A DNA stretch of 64,000 bases from positions 64,001 through 128,000 of the forward strand of contig CAVXTM010000009.1 in assembly GCA_963764725.1 (NCBI GenBank), given 5' to 3'. Positions 1 to 10,952 of the stretch are shown here, in pieces. Source of the DNA: an uncultured Gammaproteobacteria bacterium. Lineage in GTDB: Bacteria; Pseudomonadota; Gammaproteobacteria; JACCXJ01. Under the pieces are notes generated by a model. It worked only from the letters and a program-made list of their open reading frames with translations. It was not told the DNA's origin and made no database searches. Position 1 is the first letter of the stretch. Every line of letters begins with the position of its first letter. Made by a program: the position numbers and the translations under genes.

Positions 1-2308
1 CAAGCTGCCACTCGCTTTCCGTAGGCAGCCGTATGCTCATCTCCGGTCCGAGCAGACCGGCGTTTTTATACCGGTGCGTGAGCCAGCGGCAGAAGGCCAC
101 CGCTTCATACCAGCTTACGGCCACACGAGGATGATTTGCGTACGTCCACGACGGCGATCTCGGCTCCATGCGCCTTAGATCCTGCCACCAACGCGCTTGT
201 GTGTAGCCATCGGGGGCCTTAAGAAAAGCCTTGAACTGCGCGTTAGTCACGGTATATACGGCTATTCGAAACGACTGCTCTACCGACATCATTCCATGGT
301 ACTCAATGTCGATCCTTTTCGGCTCTATTCGTTTAGACCATCGGATATCGGGCAGGCTGTCTGCACAAAGACCCACCCCTTGGCGCGGATCGCCGAACTC
401 CGCGAGCTTCATTCCGATCAAGGCACGTTGTTCGTGCGATAAGGCATCGTTAGCGAGCTTTTCGATGAGAACAGCTTGCGGTCGCAAAAACCGCTCTAAA
501 GTCTCGCTCGGGTTCTTGTGGAAACGCCCTAGTGCCGTGATTACATCGCGAGCCCGCTCGGCGCTCCAAAGGTCTTTCGGCTGCATGCCACCCTGATGCC
601 AGCGGTGCGACTCCTCCGCAGCATGTTCAATAAGGCGTAAAGAGTCACCGCCGCTCACGATCCATGCGCTTAATCTGCCCCAGGCCGCGAATAGTTTTTC
701 ATGCGAAACCGAAACTGTGGCTTCGTCTTTGACCAGGATCCGGCAATCGGCGGCGGCGAGTGCCTCGATCAGCTTCCGTGCATCGGCATCGGCTTTGAAG
801 ATTTCCATCGACGCTCGATTTCGGGTCGGTGGCCGGTCACGCTCAACGTGCACAAGTTGTGCAAAAACCCGATTGAACGCAGCGCGCGTTGCTTCATCCA
901 AAAGAGCAATGGCTAGTTCGGCTTGCGTGCCGATCGCGCCGGCTACGCCACCGATCTCTTGGTAGGCCTTCTTCGTAAAGACCCGGCCTTCGCGCCGCTC
1001 AAATAGTTTGTTCAACGCGTACGCCGCGAGCGGTAATTGACCCGGCTCGTGTGACTCGGCCAGGATTTTCGGAACGACATCAGGCTCGAATCGGTAGCCC
1101 GTCACTTCGGCCGGTTTCTCGATCATGTCCTGCAGATCTCTCGGCGATACCGTGCCGAGATGATAGCCAGCGCTCGCGTTTAGCAGTTCCCGCGCCACGG
1201 GGATGTCTGCCAACTGACCCAGGAACTCGTTACCCACGGTTGCCAGCACACGCAGGCGGCTGCCCTTGATACCCGTTGCAGCGATTATCATTTCAAGAAA
1301 AGCCTCGATGCCCGATGCGCTAGATCCCCGCGTGAACAACTCCTCCAGCTGATCGATAAATAAAACGAGCTCTGAATCACCCGCCAGATGTTTGACTAAA
1401 AGTTCTTGTAGCTCGTCTTGTTTTTCCTTCACTTCTTTCGCGACATCGGGCGGTCGAGTCGGAATTTTCGGAAACACTTGTTTGAGTCCCCAGGCTAAAG
1501 ATGCGAACGGTGTCTCGCCATCGCCGGGTTGGATCCGTAGCCAGATCCAATCCTGACTGCCGGCGATGCGATTATCCTGAATCAAGCCGCGCCACACACC
1601 GGCATCGACCAAGGATGACTTCCCCGATCCCGACGCACCGCTCACAATGACAAACCGGCCCATCGGTTCACTCATCTTAGCGATGATTTCGTCAACTTCG
1701 CGTTCACGGCCGAAGAAGACGGGAGCGTATTCCTGGTCAAATCGCAGTAACCCGGGATAAGGCGATTTTTCTTTGGGCCAGTCGATACGGGTGACCACGC
1801 TTTCTGTCGCACGCAAGCCCGATATCTCGACCAGTGCTTGGTAAATAAGCTTTTCAAGCTCGTGTACATCGAAAAAACTCCCCGCGGTCAAATTCGCGTC
1901 GGATAATCGCTTTCGAAAAGCTTGCTGCCGAGTGCCGAATTCGTGATCGGAAAATGATCCCACCGGTACCGCCGCACCTTGGTCTAAGAAGAATATCAAA
2001 CGTTGTTTTGCAGGCGGATCAGAGGCTGCTTCAAACTCGAGTTCCGTATAAGAAACCTCAGGCCGATCCCGCACGGGTGATCCATAGCGAAATCCAACGA
2101 TGCCAACATACACATCACATTCACGTACTCGTTCTTTACAGTAGCTACCGGGTCTTTCGTCACGCGCAGTGAAGTAGCCCATGTCGCACGGAACCGCACC
2201 TGCTCGGTTGATCGCGGCGATTGCCGCTTGGATAAACGAACGCTTTTCTGGGAACAATGCGAATTCGGAAGTATGACTAATGAACACTCGCTGTATCTGG
2301 GTAGGCAT
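1..2308 (-). CDS. DUF4062 (TIR-like) + nSTAND1 NTPase + formylglycine-generating-enzyme (FGE/SUMF1) domain protein, runs off the left edge
   Basis: Hand-translated frame is open from ATG 2308 (GGAG upstream) to the window edge. MPTQIQRVFISHTSEF...DVYVGIVGFRYGS...SYTELEFEAA (DUF4062); SPYPGLLRFDQEYAPVFFGRERE, Walker A SGASGSGKSS, Walker B LVLFIDQLEELFT, HEKLFAAW (nSTAND1); HPRVAVSWYEAVAFCRWL...RLPTESEWQ (FGE). Absent from the ORF track because no stop falls in the window. Confidence 0.88.
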   Translation of the reverse strand, partial: MPTQIQRVFISHTSEFALFPEKRSFIQAAIAAINRAGAVPCDMGYFTARDERPGSYCKERVRECDVYVGIVGFRYGSPVRDRPEVSYTELEFEAASDPPAKQRLIFFLDQGAAVPVGSFSDHEFGTRQQAFRKRLSDANLTAGSFFDVHELEKLIYQALVEISGLRATESVVTRIDWPKEKSPYPGLLRFDQEYAPVFFGREREVDEIIAKMSEPMGRFVIVSGASGSGKSSLVDAGVWRGLIQDNRIAGSQDWIWLRIQPGDGETPFASLAWGLKQVFPKIPTRPPDVAKEVKEKQDELQELLVKHLAGDSELVLFIDQLEELFTRGSSASGIEAFLEMIIAATGIKGSRLRVLATVGNEFLGQLADIPVARELLNASAGYHLGTVSPRDLQDMIEKPAEVTGYRFEPDVVPKILAESHEPGQLPLAAYALNKLFERREGRVFTKKAYQEIGGVAGAIGTQAELAIALLDEATRAAFNRVFAQLVHVERDRPPTRNRASMEIFKADADARKLIEALAAADCRILVKDEATVSVSHEKLFAAWGRLSAWIVSGGDSLRLIEHAAEESHRWHQGGMQPKDLWSAERARDVITALGRFHKNPSETLERFLRPQAVLIEKLANDALSHEQRALIGMKLAEFGDPRQGVGLCADSLPDIRWSKRIEPKRIDIEYHGMMSVEQSFRIAVYTVTNAQFKAFLKAPDGYTQARWWQDLRRMEPRSPSWTYANHPRVAVSWYEAVAFCRWLTHRYKNAGLLGPEMSIRLPTESEWQL

Positions 2309-2623
2309 AGCGTGCTACTCCATGTCCTAGGGAAGACGAAAACCCAGGACGTTGGACTGGGTACCGCGGACGGACCCGCTACGGGAGGCCGAGCGGACGG
2401 ACATTGGTCCACCCAATTTTGCATCATCTTGCGCAGCAAATAAACACCTTAGGCCGCTGCTCTCTTCTGGCGTTTCGCTTCAACGTCATGCCCTGAAATT
2501 CAACCCATAGGCGTTCGCTAATTCAAGGTGACGCGTGTTTGCGCCGCGCGGATGGGAGGCGTTAGAGAATACGCGGTGCAGCCGGTACAATTCGAGTTAT
2601 TGGTAAAAAGCGAGTTGGAAGCC

Positions 2624-3877
2624 ATGTCGAACGTACCATGTAAGGCCCGTCGGACGCCGCTCTTTTCCTGGCACGCTGCCCATGGTGCCGGAATGGTCGA
2701 ATTCGGGGGGTGGACGATGCCGCTAAATTACCAAAGCGGTATCCTGCAGGAGCATCTCGCCACGCGCCAGCGCGCGGGTCTTTTCGACGTCTCCCACATG
2801 GGGCGGTTCAAGATCGAGGGAGAGGCAGCCGAGAATTTCGCGCTGACCGTGTTGACGAATAACGCGCGATCTCTGGAACTACTTCAGGCGCAATACACCT
2901 TCCTGGCCAATGAGCAGGGCGGCGCGATAGATGATGCCTACCTGTATAGACTGACGCGGAGGGAATTTCTCCTCGTCGTCAACGCGTCCAACCGTGACAA
3001 AGACTGGCTATGGTTACAGCAACATAAATGTGCGGGAGTCGAACTCACCGATGTGAGCGACGATACAGCTATGATCGCTATCCAAGGCCCTGCCTCCGTT
3101 TCCATCCTGGAATCGGTCATCGGGAAGGAGGCGCTGCCGGAGAGCAGAAGAAATTGCTGCCGTATCGCGAGGGTCGAAGGACAAGCACTGCTCATTGCGC
3201 GTACCGGTTATACCGGCGAGGCGCTCGGGTTTGAATTGTTCCCGAAGTCGGAGCATCTCCCGGCGCTTTGGGAACGGCTAGTTAGCCTCGGAGCGGTCCC
3301 CGCGGGCTTGGGCGCGCGCGATACGCTTCGAGTCGAAGCCGGACTGCCGCTTTACGGTCACGAATTGGGCCGGGATCACGACGGTAATGACATCCCTATT
3401 TTCGCGAACACATTTGCGAGCTTTGCCGTCCGGGTCCCCGATCGACATGATTACATTGGTCAAGCGCGGTTAGACAATCAGAGAAAAGAGCTGCAATTGA
3501 TCAAACGAGGAGAGTTACACACTCCTCTTGGGGACCGCATCTTAAAGCGCTTAGTGCGGCCGATCATGAGTCGTACTGACAAGCGGCCTTTCAGGGCCGG
3601 ATCGAAAGTTTTCCGCGGCGATGAATTTCTTGGTTATGTGAGCTCGGGGACCGTGGCGCCGTATTCCTGGAAATCGGATAGCGAGGGTAAAGCAATGGAA
3701 ACCGGGGAGCTGTTGCTGCGGCCGATCGGCTTAGCCTTAATCGATTCCACACTCGGGTATCGGAGCGATCCGTCCTTGGTCCTGCGGGTGATCGATGCTC
3801 GCGGCCGCGGCATGGAGGCCGAGTGGGTGACCACAAATCTCGTCGGTGCATACGACGCGCGTCCTGCTGCGAGGTGA
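2624..3877 (+). CDS. gcvT: Glycine cleavage system T-type aminomethyltransferase
   Basis: RTPL..H...G..MVEFGGWTMP, GLFDVSHMG, ARTGYTGE, GLGARDTLRVEAGLPLYGHE motifs; start inferred at MSNVP. Confidence 0.85.
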   Translation: MSNVPCKARRTPLFSWHAAHGAGMVEFGGWTMPLNYQSGILQEHLATRQRAGLFDVSHMGRFKIEGEAAENFALTVLTNNARSLELLQAQYTFLANEQGGAIDDAYLYRLTRREFLLVVNASNRDKDWLWLQQHKCAGVELTDVSDDTAMIAIQGPASVSILESVIGKEALPESRRNCCRIARVEGQALLIARTGYTGEALGFELFPKSEHLPALWERLVSLGAVPAGLGARDTLRVEAGLPLYGHELGRDHDGNDIPIFANTFASFAVRVPDRHDYIGQARLDNQRKELQLIKRGELHTPLGDRILKRLVRPIMSRTDKRPFRAGSKVFRGDEFLGYVSSGTVAPYSWKSDSEGKAMETGELLLRPIGLALIDSTLGYRSDPSLVLRVIDARGRGMEAEWVTTNLVGAYDARPAAR

Positions 3878-3984
3878 CGCGCTTTCGCGTCGCGGAGCAG
3901 GGGATCGGCTTCCATGGGTATCGTTCTTGACCTGCCGGTTGCAAATCGTAGGTGAAACCCCGCACCATGACATCGGGAGCGAAT

Positions 3985-5055
3985 ATGTTGCTGGATAAGC
4001 CCAAAAGCCTTCACGACACCGTGCGCGCCATCGGATGGTGCGAAGGGCGTCTTGTGCTCCTGGATCAGCGGCGGCTGCCGGCGGAATGCGAATACCTAAG
4101 TTTCGATACGCCCGAGGCGGTCGCTGGGGCCATCACGACCATGGTGGTACGCGGCGCGCCGGCCATCGGCATCGCGGCCGCCTATGGGGTCGTGCTGGCG
4201 GCGCGCAAGGCCTATGCGAACGAGCGCGAGGGTTGGCGGCAGGCCATCGGTGCCGATTGTGAAGGCTTGCGGGCCGCGCGTCCCACCGCGGTGAATCTCG
4301 GGTGGGCGATCGAACGCATGCGCGCGGCGTTTCCGGAGAGTCCCGGAGATCCCGAACCCGCCTTACTCGCCGAGGCGCAGGCGATCCACGAAGAGGATAT
4401 CGCCGCCAACCGGCGCATGGGCGCGATCGGCGCGGCATTCCTCAAATCCGGTGCGCGCGTCTTGACCCACTGCAACGCGGGGTCCTTGGCGACCGGGGGA
4501 TACGGCACGGCGCTAGGCGTGATCCGCTCGGCCTACGCCTGCGGGAAGATCGCGCAAGTCCATGTCGGCGAGACGCGCCCCTGGCTCCAAGGTGCGCGTT
4601 TGACCGCCTGGGAGCTGCTCCGCGACCGGATCCCGGTCACCCTGCTCGCCGACAGCGCGGCGGCGTATCTCATGCAACGGGGTATCGATTGGGTCATCGT
4701 TGGGGCGGATCGCATCGCCGCCAATGGCGATGTTGTCAACAAGATCGGCACCTATGGCCTGGCCGTTGCGGCCCGGGCGCACGGGGTTCGATTCATGGTC
4801 GCCGCCCCCACCTCGACGTTTGATCTGGAGGCGCTCGATGGCTGCGCGATCCCGATCGAGAACCGCCCGTCGGAGGAGATTGTGGGTCTAGCCGGGCAAC
4901 GAGTTGCCGCACCTGGCGTAGATATTTGGAATCCGGTCTTCGATGTGACGCCCGCGGCGCTTATCGATGTCCTGGTGACCGAGAAGGGCGCCGTCGAGCA
5001 TCCGACTGCCGCTAGTCTCAACGCCTTGCTAACGGGGGATCACCGGGTTGTTTGA
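3985..5055 (+). CDS. mtnA: S-methyl-5-thioribose-1-phosphate isomerase
   Basis: [58 protein letters not shown]; start uncertain (3952/3967/3985). Confidence 0.95.
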   Translation: MLLDKPKSLHDTVRAIGWCEGRLVLLDQRRLPAECEYLSFDTPEAVAGAITTMVVRGAPAIGIAAAYGVVLAARKAYANEREGWRQAIGADCEGLRAARPTAVNLGWAIERMRAAFPESPGDPEPALLAEAQAIHEEDIAANRRMGAIGAAFLKSGARVLTHCNAGSLATGGYGTALGVIRSAYACGKIAQVHVGETRPWLQGARLTAWELLRDRIPVTLLADSAAAYLMQRGIDWVIVGADRIAANGDVVNKIGTYGLAVAARAHGVRFMVAAPTSTFDLEALDGCAIPIENRPSEEIVGLAGQRVAAPGVDIWNPVFDVTPAALIDVLVTEKGAVEHPTAASLNALLTGDHRVV

Positions 5056-5232
5056 GGTCGTGCTATCCACCACCCCTCCGTCGTCCGTGCAATCAGCGAG
5101 TTTGGGCGCGCACAGCGCCAGGCGCCCGACGACCATCTAAAAATCACGTTAAAAATCCTACACCTCGGTATCTCGTTCCGGGTTATGGTAGCATTTCGCG
5201 GCAGAGGCTAGTCCAGCCGTGAAGAGTATCTG

Positions 5233-7779
5233 ATGATCCAATTCGCCAAAGAAGTCTCGCCTGTCAATATCGAAGACGAGATGCGCCAGTCTTATATGGA
5301 TTACGCGATGAGCGTAATCGTGGGCCGGGCGCTGCCGGACGCGCGGGACGGCCTGAAACCCGTTCACCGGCGCGTCCTCCATGCGATGCGGGAGCTCGGC
5401 AACGACTGGAACAAGCCGAACAAGAAATCGGCGCGCGTGGTCGGTGATGTCATCGGTAAATACCATCCCCACGGGGATGTCGCCGTCTATGACACCATCG
5501 TGCGCATGGCGCAACCCTTTTCCTTGCGCTACATGCTGATCGACGGGCAAGGCAACTTCGGTTCCGTGGACGGTGACTCGCCGGCTGCCATGCGTTACAC
5601 CGAGGTGCGGATGTCGCGCATCGCCCACGAGCTGCTCGCCGATATCGACAAGGAGACCGTCGATTTCTCTCCCAACTACGACGGCTCCGAGACCGAACCC
5701 ACGATCCTTCCGACGCGCGTCCCGAACCTCTTGATCAACGGATCGAGCGGCATCGCCGTGGGCATGGCCACCAATATTCCGCCCCACAACCTCGGCGAGA
5801 TAATCAGCGGCTGTCTGGCGCTCATCGATCGCCCCGATATCGACGTCAGCGGGCTGCTCGAGTTCATCCCGGGACCGGACTTTCCCACGGCGGCGATCAT
5901 CAATGGGACCGAGGGGATCCGGGAAGCCTACGAGACCGGGCGCGGGAGGATCCACGTGCGCGCGCGCATCGCGATCGAGTCCTATGATGCGGGTGAGCGC
6001 ATCGTCGTGACGGAGTTGCCCTACCAGGTCAACAAGGCGCGCTTGATGGAGCGAATCGCGGAGTTAGTCAAGGACAAGAAGCTCGAAGGGATCCGAGAGC
6101 TGCGGGACGAGTCCGACAAGGACGGAATGCGCATGGTGGTGGAGCTGCGCCGCGGCGAGATCGCCGAGGTTGTGCTCAACAACCTCTATCAGCAGACGCA
6201 GATGCAGGTGGTATTCGGCGTGAACATGGTCGCACTGATCCAGGGCCGGCCACAGATCTTGTCGCTCAAGCAATTGATCGAGTGCTTCCTGCGCCACCGC
6301 CGGGAGGTGATCACCCGCCGTACCATTTACGATCTGCGCAAGGCGCGGGAACGGGCGCATAATCTAGAAGGCTTGGCCGTGGCCTTGGCGAACATCGATC
6401 CGGTGATCGCCCTTATCAAGGCCTCGGCCAATCCCGCGGCAGCCAGGGCGGGACTGATGGCGCGCGCGTGGGCGCCGGGAGCGGTCGTGCAGATGCTGGA
6501 GCGTTCGGGCGCCGAAGTGTCCCGTCCGGAAAATCTAGCGCCCGAGTTCGGACTGACGCCGAATGGCTACCGCTTGTCCGAAGCCCAGGCGCAGGCGATC
6601 TTGGATCTGCGGCTGCACCGACTCACCGGGCTGGAGCAAGAAAAGATCGTGCAGGACTATCAAACCGTCCTGGAAAACATCGCGAATCTGTTGGAGATCC
6701 TGGCACGCCCGGAACGGCTGACCCAAGTAATGCGCGAGGAGCTCATCGACATCCGCGAACAGTTCGGTGACAAGCGCCGTACCGAGATCCGGCAACGGCA
6801 CGTGCAATTGAGCCTCGAGGATCTGATCAGCGTCGAGGATGTGGTGGTTACCTTGTCGCATGAGGGCTACGCCAAGGCGCAACCGATGGACGAGTACCGC
6901 CTGCAGCGGCGTGGTGGCAAGGGCAAGATGGCTACGGCGATGAAAGAGGAGGACTTTATCGAGAAACTGTTCGTGGCCAGCACCCACGATACGATCCTAT
7001 GTTTTTCGAACCGCGGCCGGGCATACTGGCTCAAGGTCTATGAGTTGCCTCAGGCTGGGCGCGCCGCGCGCGGCAAGCCGATGGTCAATCTCTTGCCGTT
7101 GAAGAACGAGGAGCGCATCACGGCCATTCTTCCCATCAAGTCCTTCGAGCAGGATGGATTCCTGGTCATGGCGACCAGCCGCGGCGTGGTCAAGAAGTGT
7201 CCGTTAGCGGAGTTCTCGCGGCCGCGCGCGAGCGGTATTATCGCCATCGACTTGAGCGATGGCGATCGGCTGGTGGGCGTGGCTCTGACCGATGGCCGTC
7301 AGGAGCTTATGCTGTTCAGCACCTCGGGCAAGGCCGTCCGTTTCAGCGAAACGGAGGTGCGCGCGATGGGCCGGGCGGCCCGGGGCGTACGAGGTATCAG
7401 ATTGAGGGCCGGGCATGCGGTGATCTCGCTCATTATTCCCGATGCGCAGAGCCAGATCCTCTGTGCGACCGAACGCGGCTACGGTAAGCGCACGCCGGTA
7501 GGCGACTATACGGTGCACGCCCGCGGCGGCCAGGGCGTCATCGCCATCCAGACCACCGCCCGCAACGGAAAGCTCGTCGGGGCCGTCGGCATCCGCGATG
7601 ATGAGGAAGTCATGCTGGTGAGCGACCGGGGAACCCTGGTCCGCACCGCCGCGAACGATATCTCGATTGTCGGCCGAAATACCCAGGGTGTCACGTTAAT
7701 TAACCTCGCCGATGACGAACGCTTGGTCGGGATCGAGCGCGTCGCGGATTATAACGATAGCGATAACGATAACGAATAG
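5233..7779 (+). CDS. gyrA: DNA gyrase subunit A
   Basis: [31 protein letters not shown] catalytic Tyr, GyrA box QRRGGKG. Confidence 0.98.
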   Translation: MIQFAKEVSPVNIEDEMRQSYMDYAMSVIVGRALPDARDGLKPVHRRVLHAMRELGNDWNKPNKKSARVVGDVIGKYHPHGDVAVYDTIVRMAQPFSLRYMLIDGQGNFGSVDGDSPAAMRYTEVRMSRIAHELLADIDKETVDFSPNYDGSETEPTILPTRVPNLLINGSSGIAVGMATNIPPHNLGEIISGCLALIDRPDIDVSGLLEFIPGPDFPTAAIINGTEGIREAYETGRGRIHVRARIAIESYDAGERIVVTELPYQVNKARLMERIAELVKDKKLEGIRELRDESDKDGMRMVVELRRGEIAEVVLNNLYQQTQMQVVFGVNMVALIQGRPQILSLKQLIECFLRHRREVITRRTIYDLRKARERAHNLEGLAVALANIDPVIALIKASANPAAARAGLMARAWAPGAVVQMLERSGAEVSRPENLAPEFGLTPNGYRLSEAQAQAILDLRLHRLTGLEQEKIVQDYQTVLENIANLLEILARPERLTQVMREELIDIREQFGDKRRTEIRQRHVQLSLEDLISVEDVVVTLSHEGYAKAQPMDEYRLQRRGGKGKMATAMKEEDFIEKLFVASTHDTILCFSNRGRAYWLKVYELPQAGRAARGKPMVNLLPLKNEERITAILPIKSFEQDGFLVMATSRGVVKKCPLAEFSRPRASGIIAIDLSDGDRLVGVALTDGRQELMLFSTSGKAVRFSETEVRAMGRAARGVRGIRLRAGHAVISLIIPDAQSQILCATERGYGKRTPVGDYTVHARGGQGVIAIQTTARNGKLVGAVGIRDDEEVMLVSDRGTLVRTAANDISIVGRNTQGVTLINLADDERLVGIERVADYNDSDNDNE

Positions 7780-7787
7780 ATCCCCGC

Positions 7788-8879
7788 GTGGACCTCCCTA
7801 ACGACGACCGATTGCAGGGCTTGCGCACGCGCATCGACGAGGTCGATGCGGAGATTCTGCACATGATTACGGCCCGGGCGCAGCTTGCTAAGGAAGTCGC
7901 GGCGGCGAAGGGTAACGATCATGAGCCCGATGTCTACTATCGCCCGGAACGCGAAGCCCAAGTCTTGAGAAAGATCATCTCGCAGAACAAAGGGCCTTTG
8001 TCGGACGAAGAGATGGCCCGCTTGTTCCGCGAGATCATGTCCGCCTGTCTCGCGCTGGAACAGCCCTTGAACGTGGCGTTTCTCGGGCCCGAGGGCACGT
8101 TCACCCATGCCTCGGTGCATAAACATTTCGGTAATTCCGTGCATGCCTTGCCGATGGGTACGATAGACGAGGTGTTCCGCGAAGTCGAAGCGGGGGCTTG
8201 CCATTACGGGGTCGTGCCGGTAGAGAATTCGATCGAAGGCGTGGTCAACCACACCTTGGATATGTTCGTCAATTCACCGCTCAAGATCTGCGGCGAGGTC
8301 GAGCTGCGCATTCACCATCACCTGCTGGGGAAGAATGTCATGCCGCGAGAAGTCACCCGCGTATTCGCCCACGAGCAGGCTTTGGCGCAGTGCCGCCGCT
8401 GGTTGAATAGTCACCTCGCGCACGCCGAAAGGGTGGCGTTTGCGAGCAATGCGGAAGCCGCGCGGCGCGCCGCTAGCGAGCCGGCGACTGCCGCGATCGC
8501 CGGGGATGCGGCGGCCACGATCTACGGCTTGGAACATCTGGTGAGGAATATCGAAGACGAATCCGACAATACGACGCGTTTTATCGTCATCGGCCACCAG
8601 TCGGTCCCGCCGAGTGGGGATGACAAGACCTCGCTGATATTCTCGACGCCGAATCGGCCCGGCGCCCTCTATCACCTGCTCGCCTCGTTCGCCGAACACG
8701 GGATCAGCATGATGCGCATCGAATCGCGTCCCTCGCGCCGCGGCATGTGGGAGTATTTCTTCTTTGTGGATATCGAAGGGCACCTGCGGGACGAGGTGGT
8801 CGCACAAGCCTTGAAGGACCTCAAGCAGCGCGCGGCCATGCTCAAGCTGCTTGGTTCCTATCCTCGGGCGGTACTCTGA
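7788..8879 (+). CDS. pheA: Chorismate mutase/prephenate dehydratase
   Basis: LRTRIDEVD (CM), AFLGPEGTF, VPVENSIEG, NTTRF, IESRPS (ACT). Confidence 0.96.
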   Translation: MDLPNDDRLQGLRTRIDEVDAEILHMITARAQLAKEVAAAKGNDHEPDVYYRPEREAQVLRKIISQNKGPLSDEEMARLFREIMSACLALEQPLNVAFLGPEGTFTHASVHKHFGNSVHALPMGTIDEVFREVEAGACHYGVVPVENSIEGVVNHTLDMFVNSPLKICGEVELRIHHHLLGKNVMPREVTRVFAHEQALAQCRRWLNSHLAHAERVAFASNAEAARRAASEPATAAIAGDAAATIYGLEHLVRNIEDESDNTTRFIVIGHQSVPPSGDDKTSLIFSTPNRPGALYHLLASFAEHGISMMRIESRPSRRGMWEYFFFVDIEGHLRDEVVAQALKDLKQRAAMLKLLGSYPRAVL

Positions 8880-8909
8880 GAGCTAGTGAATAAATCTGCT
8901 GCGCAGCCC

Positions 8910-10037
8910 ATGGAAAACGATCGACGCAACCCCATCGATTTTTTTGCGCTGGCGGCGCCCGGCGTGCGCGCGCTCGATCCCTATCGACCCGGTAAGCCGC
9001 TCGCGGAGCTGGCGCGGGAGTATGGGATCACCGATGCCGTAAGGCTGGCCTCGAACGAAAACCCGCTCGGTCCGGGACCACGCGCCCGCGCCGCGATCAG
9101 GGCTGGGTGCGCGGACATCGGCCGGTATCCGGACGGCGGCGGTTATGCCTTGAAGCAGGCATTGGCTGCGCGCCTGGCGATCGGGAGCGATCGGATCACC
9201 TTGGGAAACGGCTCCAACGACGTCCTCGAGTTGGCGGCGCGCAGCTTCGTCACCTCGTCGCACCAGGTGATCTTTTCCCAACACGCCTTCGCGGTGTATG
9301 CGCTCGTCACCCAAGCCATCGGAGCCGAAGCGGTCGTGACACCCGCCCGCGACTATGGGCACGATCTTGGAGCGATGCGATCGGCGATCAATGCTCGGAC
9401 CCGGCTCATTTTTATCGCCAATCCTAATAACCCGACAGGCACCTGGATCGACGAGCCGGGGTTATTGAAATTTATCCAGTACGTACCGCCGCGGGTAGTG
9501 ATCGTTCTCGATGAAGCCTACTTTGAGTATGTGCAGGCGCCGGGTTATCCGAACGGCCTGCGGCTTATTGATCGGTTTCCGAACCTGATCGTGACGCGTA
9601 CGTTCTCCAAGATCCACGGACTTGCCGGCTTACGCGTGGGCTACGCGATCTCGCATCCCCAGGTGGCGGAGTTGATGAACCGGGTGCGCCAGCCTTTCAA
9701 CGTCAATAGCGTTGCGCTCGCGGCGGCGGAGGCCGCGCTTGCCGACGAGGAGCATGTGGCTACAAGCGTGGCGGTCAATACCGCCGGGCTCGCGCGACTG
9801 ACTCGGGCATGTGAAGCATTGGGGCTCGGCTACATCCCTTCGGCCGCGAATTTTCTCTGCATCGAGCTCGGCCCCCGCGCGTGCGATCTCTATGAGGCCT
9901 TGCTCAGGCGGGGTGTGATCGTGCGGCCGATCGCCAACTATGGCCTGCCAAACCACCTCCGGATCACAATTGGAACCGAGCGGGAGAATACGCGTTTCAT
10001 CGACGCACTCAAGACGGTGCTGAATGAACGATCCTAA
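8910..10037 (+). CDS. hisC: Histidinol-phosphate aminotransferase
   Basis: LASNENPLG, GNGSND, NPNNPTG, DEAYFEY, RTFSKIHGLAGLRVG; start placed at ATG 8910 because the upstream 30 bp is a repeat remnant. Confidence 0.95.
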   Translation: MENDRRNPIDFFALAAPGVRALDPYRPGKPLAELAREYGITDAVRLASNENPLGPGPRARAAIRAGCADIGRYPDGGGYALKQALAARLAIGSDRITLGNGSNDVLELAARSFVTSSHQVIFSQHAFAVYALVTQAIGAEAVVTPARDYGHDLGAMRSAINARTRLIFIANPNNPTGTWIDEPGLLKFIQYVPPRVVIVLDEAYFEYVQAPGYPNGLRLIDRFPNLIVTRTFSKIHGLAGLRVGYAISHPQVAELMNRVRQPFNVNSVALAAAEAALADEEHVATSVAVNTAGLARLTRACEALGLGYIPSAANFLCIELGPRACDLYEALLRRGVIVRPIANYGLPNHLRITIGTERENTRFIDALKTVLNERS

Positions 10038-10055
10038 GGAGGCGCAGTAGCCATC

Positions 10056-10952
10056 GTGCCGCCCTCAAGGGTCGCCATTATCGGCGTCGGTCTCATTGGC
10101 GGATCGCTCGCCCGCGCCTTGAAGCGCGCCGGAGAGCGCGTGGCGGGATACGACACGGACCCAATGGTCCTGCGCCGGGCGCGCGAGATCGGTGTCATCG
10201 ATGAGCCGTGCGCCCATCTTTGCGGTGCGGTCGAGGGCGCCGAGATCGTGGTGATCGCCGTGCCGCTGGGGGCCGTCCCGGGGGTCTTTCAGGGTCTCCC
10301 CGGGAGCTTGGATGAGCATGCGGTGATCACCGACGTCGGTAGCGTGAAAGGTTCCGTGGTTCATGCCGCCCGCCGGTATCTCGGGCATCACCTACCGCGT
10401 TTCGTGCCGGGACACCCTATCGCGGGCACCGAGCATAGCGGCGTAGAGAATTCTTGTGCCGGGCTCTTTCATGGACAGCGCGTGATTTTAACCCCCCTCG
10501 CCGAGACCGACCCGCGCGCGCTGGAGCGCGTGCGCTTGCTGTGGCGACAAACTGGAGCCGTGGTTGAGGACATGGAGATCGGCCGGCACGATCAAGTCTT
10601 TGCCGCCACCAGCCATCTGCCGCATGTGCTGGCCTATGCGTTGGTGCGCACCGCCGCGCGCGCGAGCGGCCGGTCCGCGCTCTTGCGCTACGCGGCGGGA
10701 GGATTCGCGGACATCACCCGCATCGCTTCGAGCAACCCCGTCATGTGGCGCGATATTTTTTTCGCTAATCGCGTGCGGCTCATCGAGATGGTCGAACGTT
10801 TTCGCGAGGATCTCGCGTTGCTCCGCGACGCTATCGAGGCCGAGGACGGTCCTGCGATCGCTGCGTTGTTGGACGAGGCCAAGAAGACAAGGGATGCCTT
10901 GGCCGCCGAGCAGCGGATCGAGCCGGATCTCGCGGCGGAAAAAAAGCGGTGA
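10056..10952 (+). CDS. tyrA: Prephenate/arogenate dehydrogenase
   Basis: GVGLIGGS, TDVGSVK, GHPIAGTE, HD...SHLPH, TRIASSNPVMWRDI. Confidence 0.93.
   Translation: MPPSRVAIIGVGLIGGSLARALKRAGERVAGYDTDPMVLRRAREIGVIDEPCAHLCGAVEGAEIVVIAVPLGAVPGVFQGLPGSLDEHAVITDVGSVKGSVVHAARRYLGHHLPRFVPGHPIAGTEHSGVENSCAGLFHGQRVILTPLAETDPRALERVRLLWRQTGAVVEDMEIGRHDQVFAATSHLPHVLAYALVRTAARASGRSALLRYAAGGFADITRIASSNPVMWRDIFFANRVRLIEMVERFREDLALLRDAIEAEDGPAIAALLDEAKKTRDALAAEQRIEPDLAAEKKR

Noticed and set aside
197-2443. Short ORFs listed in the track
   Set aside because: Shadows of the long minus-strand STAND gene.
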